A stretch of DNA of 20,000 nt from an uncultured virus (IMG/VR IMGVR_UViG_3300010158_000034) (lineage: Duplodnaviria > Heunggongvirae > Uroviricota > Caudoviricetes). The position numbers and the translations under genes are program-made. The stretch lies in IMG/VR virus record IMGVR_UViG_3300010158_000034; one strand, written 5' to 3'. Every line of letters begins with the position of its first letter. Within the stretch, counting starts at the first letter, position 1. The notes beneath the pieces are model-generated. The model saw only the letters and a list, made by a program, of their open reading frames with translations, did no database searches and was not told the DNA's origin. Shown here in pieces: positions 14,589-20,000 of this stretch.

Positions 14589-17500
14589 ATGGCACTAGTA
14601 TCCCCCGGCGTTAGCTTAACAGTAACAGATCAAAGTCAATATGTATCATCAGCAATTGGCACAGTACCTCTTATTGTTTTAGCAACAGCACAAAACAAAA
14701 CAATCAATGGCTCATTGGCCACAGGAACAACAGCGGCCAATGCAGGCATGTTACAGATATTTACCAGTCAGCGTGATTTAGCCACAGCACTCGGCGCACC
14801 GGTATTTAAACAAACAGCCGCCGGCACACCTGTACACGGTGGCGAATTAAACGAATACGGCTTGATGGCTGCTTACTCGGCCTTGGGACTGGGCAATCAG
14901 CTGTACGCAATTCGTGCCGATATTGATTTAAATGAATTAGAAGGCACCAGTGTTCGCCCAACCGGCACAGTGTCCACTGGCACACAATGGTTAGATTTGG
15001 CTGACACTACCTGGGGATTATACCAGTGGAGTGCAGATACACAGTCATTTACCAACTATGTACCCACAGTGATCACTTCAAATGCCAGTTTAACAACCAG
15101 TAGCCCCACAGTGGGAACATATGGTAATATTACATTGACCGATGAATCTACTCCACTCGGCAGTATTGGTAGTATTGGTACTTACGCTGTGGTTGCAACT
15201 ACAACAAACAACAGAGTGTTTTACAAAGGTACAGACAATGCATGGAAGTTATTGGGTTCAACTCAATGGCAAGCAGATGTACCAACAGTGACAGGTACTG
15301 TGTCGAGTCCGACGTTTTTAGGTAATACTTCCACAATTATTCAAATTAACTCCAGTAACGTTACAGTGACAGCCAGCAATGTAACCACAGTGGCCAGCAG
15401 TATCAATAGTGCTGCAATCACTGGTGTTACGGCTGCTGTGAGAAACAATAAATTATGTTTGTTCTCTACCAACGCCGCCCGTAGTAATGGAACTAACCCC
15501 GACGGATTATTAAAAATTGTTGATTATAGCCCAAGTGCTATTAGGTCATTGTTGGTTCAGTCAGGTATCATTGCTTCGTCAAAATGGAATGGCGGTGGCG
15601 CAAGTGGTCAAACAACCACCATACGTAGCCCAAGTATCCAGTACGGTAATTTTGCCAGCATACCGGCCTGGACTACCACAGACACATATCCAAGAAGCAA
15701 CGGATCTGTTTGGTTAAAAACAGGTGCTGTTGGCGGCGGATCAAACTTTGTTATTAAGAAATACAATGCCACTACTGATACATGGACCACACAGGCAGTT
15801 GATGTGGCCAGTAGTGAAGCACAAGCCATTTATGATTTAGATATTGGCGGCGGAAGTAATATTACCGCAGGCACAGTATTTGTATACCAAGATGCCAACA
15901 CTTACGATGGCAACACTAACAATCTAAGTGCAGCATCGTTTACTCCTTATGTAAGAACACTGAGCGGCCCATTGAGTGTCAGTGGTGCAGTTCCTGCGTT
16001 TGGTGCAAGCACAGGTACTTTTAGCTTGTATGCAACACAGCCAGGATACAACACATACAACCCAGAACTAAGTGGTGTGGCTTACACTATCACAGTGTCA
16101 GCAGCCAGCAGTGCTAGTTTTGTTAGTGGTATATTATCAGCCAACATACCAAACGTTACAGCTTCTTACAATACCACTACTGGTGTGATTACAATAAATC
16201 ACTTGGCGGGTGGTAGTATTTTATTAACTAAAATTGCCGGTCAACCAAACTTTCCGTATCTGGCTGGATTTACCAGTGCAGTTACAGGTGTAAGAAGTAT
16301 TGGTGGCACAGACAGTTCAAATGTCAATCGTATGTTATCAGGCTTTACCCCAATGACTTACACTTACAGTATTACACAACCCTCGGCAGAACCTGTTGAT
16401 GGCACACACTGGTATTACAGTGATCCAACCACAGTTGACATCATGATCAACACAGGTACAGCATGGGTTGGATACCGAACTTTGGCAGCAGATGCACGTG
16501 GTTACAATTTAACTGCCACAGATGCCACAGGTGTTATTGCAACGGCTGCTACACCCTCAACACAAGCCGACGGTATTACAGCATTGGCCGCAGGTGATTT
16601 GTGGTTAAACACCAGTGACTTGGAAAATTATCCAAATTTATCTAGATGGAATGGTAGCACATGGGTCAGTATTGACAAGACAGATCAAATCACTGTGAAC
16701 GGTATCTTATTTGCCGATGCAAGATGGGATAGTACAGGTACTACAGATCCAGCGATTGACACGGTAACATCAACAACAGATTTATTAACAAGCAGTTATA
16801 CTGATTTAGATGCACCTAATCCACAATTATATCCACGTGGTATGTTGTTGTTTAACACACGTCGTTCAGGATACAATGTCAAGCGTTATATTGCTGATTA
16901 TTTTAATGCCTCATCATTCAGTATTGCAACTTACAGCTCAGCCGTTACATACGTTGCTGGTGACAAGGCATACTACGGTTCAACAGTTTATGTTGCCACA
17001 GCCAGCACCACAGGCAATGCACCAACCAACACCAGTTATTGGACACCGTTGCAAAACAGTGCTTGGGTCTCATCCAGTGGTTTGAAAAATGACGGAAGCC
17101 CGTATGCTGGCCACTATGCACAACGTCAAGTTGTTGTAGCGGCAATGCAAAGTGCTATAGACAGCAATACACAGATACGTGAAGATCAGTTTGCATTCAG
17201 TTTGATAGCAGCTCCAGGATATCCAGAGTTGATAGACAACATGATCGCATTGAACAATGACCGTGCCAACACAGCATTTGTCATTGGCGACACACCAATG
17301 AATTTAAGTACCAACGTGGTTGACTTGACCAATTGGAGTACAAATGCCAATGGTACAGGATTAACTACAAACGATCCTTACTTGGCTGTTTATTATCCAA
17401 GTGGATTGAGCACAGATTTGTCGGGCAACAGCATCATGGTGCCTTCAAGTCATATGGCTTTGCGTACATTCTTGCACAGCGATAATTTAAGTTATCCATG

Positions 17501-18035
17501 GTTTGCTCCGGCTGGTCTGCGTAGAGGGTTGGTTGATAACGCAAGTGATTTGGGTTATATCAACTACACAACAGGCGAATTCCAACGCACGGGTATAAAT
17601 CAAGGCCTGCGTGATGCATTGTATCAGACCAATATCAATCCAATTACAATTTTACCAGGAACTGGTATCTGTGTTTGGGGCCAAAAAACACGTGATCCGA
17701 TCACAGAAGCAATGGATCGTGTAAACGTGAGCCGTTTGGTAAACTATGTTCGTACATTGTTGGCCCGAGCAACATACGGTTTCTTGTTTGAGCCCAATGA
17801 CAAAATGACTAGAGATCAAGTTGGTGCAGTGATATCTGGTGCATTGAATGACTTGGTAAGCAAACGTGGCATCTATGACTATGTTGTAGTGTGTGATACC
17901 AGCAACAATACACCGGATACTATTGCCAATAATCAATTGTATATTGACATTGCAATAGCACCTACCAAAGCCATTGAGTTTATCTATATTCCAATACGTT
18001 TGGTTAATCCAACCACTGGCGCTGCCGGTGCTTGA
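14589..18035 (+). CDS. gp18: Contractile tail sheath protein with large central insertion
   Basis: N-terminal 'MALVSPGV..TVTDQSQY' and 'ELNEYGL.AAYS.LG'. C-terminal 'PWFAPAGLRRG', 'RDALYQ.NINPI', 'WGQKT', 'DRVNVSRL', 'FLFEPND..TR', 'VVCD.SNNTP..IA.NQLYIDIAI.P.KAIEFIYIP'. Confidence 0.95.
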   Translation: MALVSPGVSLTVTDQSQYVSSAIGTVPLIVLATAQNKTINGSLATGTTAANAGMLQIFTSQRDLATALGAPVFKQTAAGTPVHGGELNEYGLMAAYSALGLGNQLYAIRADIDLNELEGTSVRPTGTVSTGTQWLDLADTTWGLYQWSADTQSFTNYVPTVITSNASLTTSSPTVGTYGNITLTDESTPLGSIGSIGTYAVVATTTNNRVFYKGTDNAWKLLGSTQWQADVPTVTGTVSSPTFLGNTSTIIQINSSNVTVTASNVTTVASSINSAAITGVTAAVRNNKLCLFSTNAARSNGTNPDGLLKIVDYSPSAIRSLLVQSGIIASSKWNGGGASGQTTTIRSPSIQYGNFASIPAWTTTDTYPRSNGSVWLKTGAVGGGSNFVIKKYNATTDTWTTQAVDVASSEAQAIYDLDIGGGSNITAGTVFVYQDANTYDGNTNNLSAASFTPYVRTLSGPLSVSGAVPAFGASTGTFSLYATQPGYNTYNPELSGVAYTITVSAASSASFVSGILSANIPNVTASYNTTTGVITINHLAGGSILLTKIAGQPNFPYLAGFTSAVTGVRSIGGTDSSNVNRMLSGFTPMTYTYSITQPSAEPVDGTHWYYSDPTTVDIMINTGTAWVGYRTLAADARGYNLTATDATGVIATAATPSTQADGITALAAGDLWLNTSDLENYPNLSRWNGSTWVSIDKTDQITVNGILFADARWDSTGTTDPAIDTVTSTTDLLTSSYTDLDAPNPQLYPRGMLLFNTRRSGYNVKRYIADYFNASSFSIATYSSAVTYVAGDKAYYGSTVYVATASTTGNAPTNTSYWTPLQNSAWVSSSGLKNDGSPYAGHYAQRQVVVAAMQSAIDSNTQIREDQFAFSLIAAPGYPELIDNMIALNNDRANTAFVIGDTPMNLSTNVVDLTNWSTNANGTGLTTNDPYLAVYYPSGLSTDLSGNSIMVPSSHMALRTFLHSDNLSYPWFAPAGLRRGLVDNASDLGYINYTTGEFQRTGINQGLRDALYQTNINPITILPGTGICVWGQKTRDPITEAMDRVNVSRLVNYVRTLLARATYGFLFEPNDKMTRDQVGAVISGALNDLVSKRGIYDYVVVCDTSNNTPDTIANNQLYIDIAIAPTKAIEFIYIPIRLVNPTTGAAGA

Positions 18036-18081
18036 TAAATGGCAATGAGAATAGATAAATAAGAATAACAGGAGATAATAT

Positions 18082-18702
18082 ATGGCATTCGCATCAGCAA
18101 GTAATTTTACAGTACCGATTCAGGGAGCAACGAATCAAGGTCTGTTAATGCCCAAACTAAAGTATCGCTTTCGTGCAACTTTTGCTAATTTTGGTGTAAG
18201 CACCAGCAACTTGATAGAATTAACAAAACAGATTGCTGAAATCAAGCGTCCTAGTTTGACTTTTCAAGAGATTCCAATTGATGTTTACAACAGCAAAGTA
18301 TACATGGCAGGCAAACCCGAATGGCAAACCATCACAGTTAATCTACGTGATGACGCTGGTAACAATGTTGCCAAGATGGTGGGCGAGCAGGTACAGAAAC
18401 AATTTGACTTTATTGAGCAGGCAAGTGCCAGTTCTGCAATTGACTACAAGTTTACCTTGTTTTTCGACATGTTGGACGGCGGTAATGCCACCAACAACGG
18501 AAGCAATGGCCCAACAGTGTTGGAGTCATGGGAAGTCAATGGTTGCTTCATTACTCAAGTTGACTACGGTGAAATGGCATATAACTCAAATGATCCAGCA
18601 ATGATCAACTTGACTATTCGTTACGACAATGCAATTCAAACTCCAACTGGTATTGGTGTTGGTACACTGGTTGGTCAAACCATAGGCGCAATCACTGGTT
18701 AA
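18082..18702 (+). CDS. gp19: Tail tube protein
   Basis: Directly after the sheath, with GATAAATA (18054-18061) and SD GGAG (18071-18074). 'PKLKYRFR', 'RPSLTF.EI.I..YNSKVY.AGKPEW.TITV.LRDD', 'LESWE..GCF...VDYG..AY' and 'LTIRYDNA'. Confidence 0.9.
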   Translation: MAFASASNFTVPIQGATNQGLLMPKLKYRFRATFANFGVSTSNLIELTKQIAEIKRPSLTFQEIPIDVYNSKVYMAGKPEWQTITVNLRDDAGNNVAKMVGEQVQKQFDFIEQASASSAIDYKFTLFFDMLDGGNATNNGSNGPTVLESWEVNGCFITQVDYGEMAYNSNDPAMINLTIRYDNAIQTPTGIGVGTLVGQTIGAITG

Positions 18703-18724
18703 TAACAGTAAAAACAACAGTGAC

Positions 18725-18751
18725 AAAACCCACTTTTACAGTGGGTTTTTT
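18725..18751 (+). terminator. Rho-independent terminator (possibly bidirectional)
   Basis: AAAACCCACT-TTTAC-AGTGGGTTTT followed by further Ts, just downstream of the tube gene. Confidence 0.85.
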
Positions 18752-18785
18752 CTTCTCATAAATACTTAATAACACAGGATACACA

Positions 18786-20000
18786 GTGGCTGACAATTTT
18801 TTAAAACAAGTTTACCAAGGTACCGGATTAGGTGCACTGGCCAAAGACTATAAACATGCCAGCAAAATTTTTGTTGCTGGCAACTATAGACTTGCTCCAA
18901 AATTTGGTTTTTTGTTTCATGTTGCATTTGACATTAATTTGGAAGTCAGCAGACAAAGCAAAACTGATATACTGGAAGCCGGCATGTTGGTTAAAACCAT
19001 GCAGTTGCCCAAGTACACAGTGGAAAACAAAACCTACAATGCCTACAATCGTGTCAACATAGCACAGACTAAATTAAAATACGAACCTGTAACCATCACC
19101 TTTCATGACGACAACTCGGATATAATTAGAGACATGTGGTATGATTACATGAGCTATTACTACCGAGACACCGATTACCAGCCGGCCAAGTACCTTCAAG
19201 AAACAAAATACAATACCAGAGAAAATCAAAGTTGGGGTTATACTCCTTCAAAAGTACTTTCAAACAGCAAACGATTAATCGAACGAGTGAGACTGTATAG
19301 CCTGCACCAAAAAAGATTCACCGAGTATGTGTTGATCAATCCGCAGATTACCAGTTTTCAGCATGGCGAACATCAGCAGGGCGAAAACAATTTCATGCAA
19401 AACAGCATGACGCTGAGCTATGAAACTGTGTTGTACAACTACGGAGACATAGTATCGGGTCAAAATATCAACTTTGCTGACCTACACTACGATCATACTC
19501 CAAGTCCCTTGGGATTACCCAGCCTGACAGAAAGCACAGTGTCGGCCTTGACCAACGGTGCAGGTGTATTTGGTGGATTGATCGGTGGACAAGACCGTGT
19601 GGATCATCAGTTGCCTGGCGATCGTACCAAATTTACCGGTGCGACCAAACCGGGTGGATTGGCTGCCCTGACCAATCAAGTTCTTTTGGGTGTAAGCAAA
19701 GGCAACAATCCTTTTAAAAATTTATCAGTGCCCACAGTGGCCGGATATGCTGCCACCTTGACTGGATCGGGTGGTATAATGGGCATATTGGGTTCCAGCG
19801 GTGGACCCAATTATGCAACAGGGTTGACTTTGGGCACTGTATTAGCAGCCGGTGCTGCCAGTGCAGTGACATGGCCGGCTCGGCAGTTTGCACCCAGCCC
19901 AGGAACAAAATCCACCAGCAATGGCGAAACAGTTTCCACAGACAATGCCGCTCGGGATGGGGGATCTCCTGAACAAGACACAACTGGTACACCGGCTATA
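18786..20000 (+). CDS. Second tail-tube-fold protein (gp19 paralog / gp54-like tube initiator), 3' truncated; absent from the ORF track
   Basis: CATAAATA 18757-18764, SD AGGA 18776-18779, GTG 18786. I translated it open to the window end: MADNFLKQVY...RLAPKFGFLFHVAF...MLVKTMQLPKYTVENKTYNAYNR...KLKYEPVTITFHDDN...LINPQITSFQHG...MTLSYETV, then a Gly/Ala/Thr-rich tail. Confidence 0.8.
   Translation, partial: MADNFLKQVYQGTGLGALAKDYKHASKIFVAGNYRLAPKFGFLFHVAFDINLEVSRQSKTDILEAGMLVKTMQLPKYTVENKTYNAYNRVNIAQTKLKYEPVTITFHDDNSDIIRDMWYDYMSYYYRDTDYQPAKYLQETKYNTRENQSWGYTPSKVLSNSKRLIERVRLYSLHQKRFTEYVLINPQITSFQHGEHQQGENNFMQNSMTLSYETVLYNYGDIVSGQNINFADLHYDHTPSPLGLPSLTESTVSALTNGAGVFGGLIGGQDRVDHQLPGDRTKFTGATKPGGLAALTNQVLLGVSKGNNPFKNLSVPTVAGYAATLTGSGGIMGILGSSGGPNYATGLTLGTVLAAGAASAVTWPARQFAPSPGTKSTSNGETVSTDNAARDGGSPEQDTTGTPAI

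Noticed and set aside
14589..18702. Bacterial contractile injection system or tailocin instead of a phage
   Set aside because: gp13/gp14-like head-tail joining genes, a dNMP kinase and T4-type late promoters point to a true phage genome.
18832..19992. Short ORFs 18832-19062, 19275-19463 and 19714-19992
   Set aside because: All overlap the long open frame from GTG 18786, which has a promoter, SD and tube-like motifs.

Overview
Virion-structural region of a large T4-like (contractile-tailed) bacteriophage, read with the standard genetic code (TAA, TAG and TGA all end genes). Left part (+): a partial fibre-type gene, a fibre/appendage protein with a C-terminal Peptidase_G2-like intramolecular chaperone, a 1025-aa repeat-rich tail fibre, a 255-aa partner, a glycine-rich adhesin-like protein and a Maf/DUF115-like (sialyltransferase-type) protein. 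An inverted block (-) carries gp14-like and gp15-like genes and a Nudix hydrolase. The right part has two sigma70-driven hypotheticals, a gp13-like neck gene, two small ORFs with T4 internal-protein-like N-termini (one broken by a single in-frame TAA), a dNMP kinase, a degenerate HNH/Zn-finger gene (-), a 1148-aa tail sheath, the tail tube and a second tube-like gene running off the window end. The most striking non-coding features are a T4-late-like TAAATA box before nearly every structural unit, near-consensus sigma70 promoters before non-structural genes, five genes with leaderless promoter-to-ATG geometry, an RBS-sequestering hairpin before the dNMP kinase and a 19-bp palindrome between divergent late promoters. 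All family assignments come from motif recognition by eye; no database search was run.
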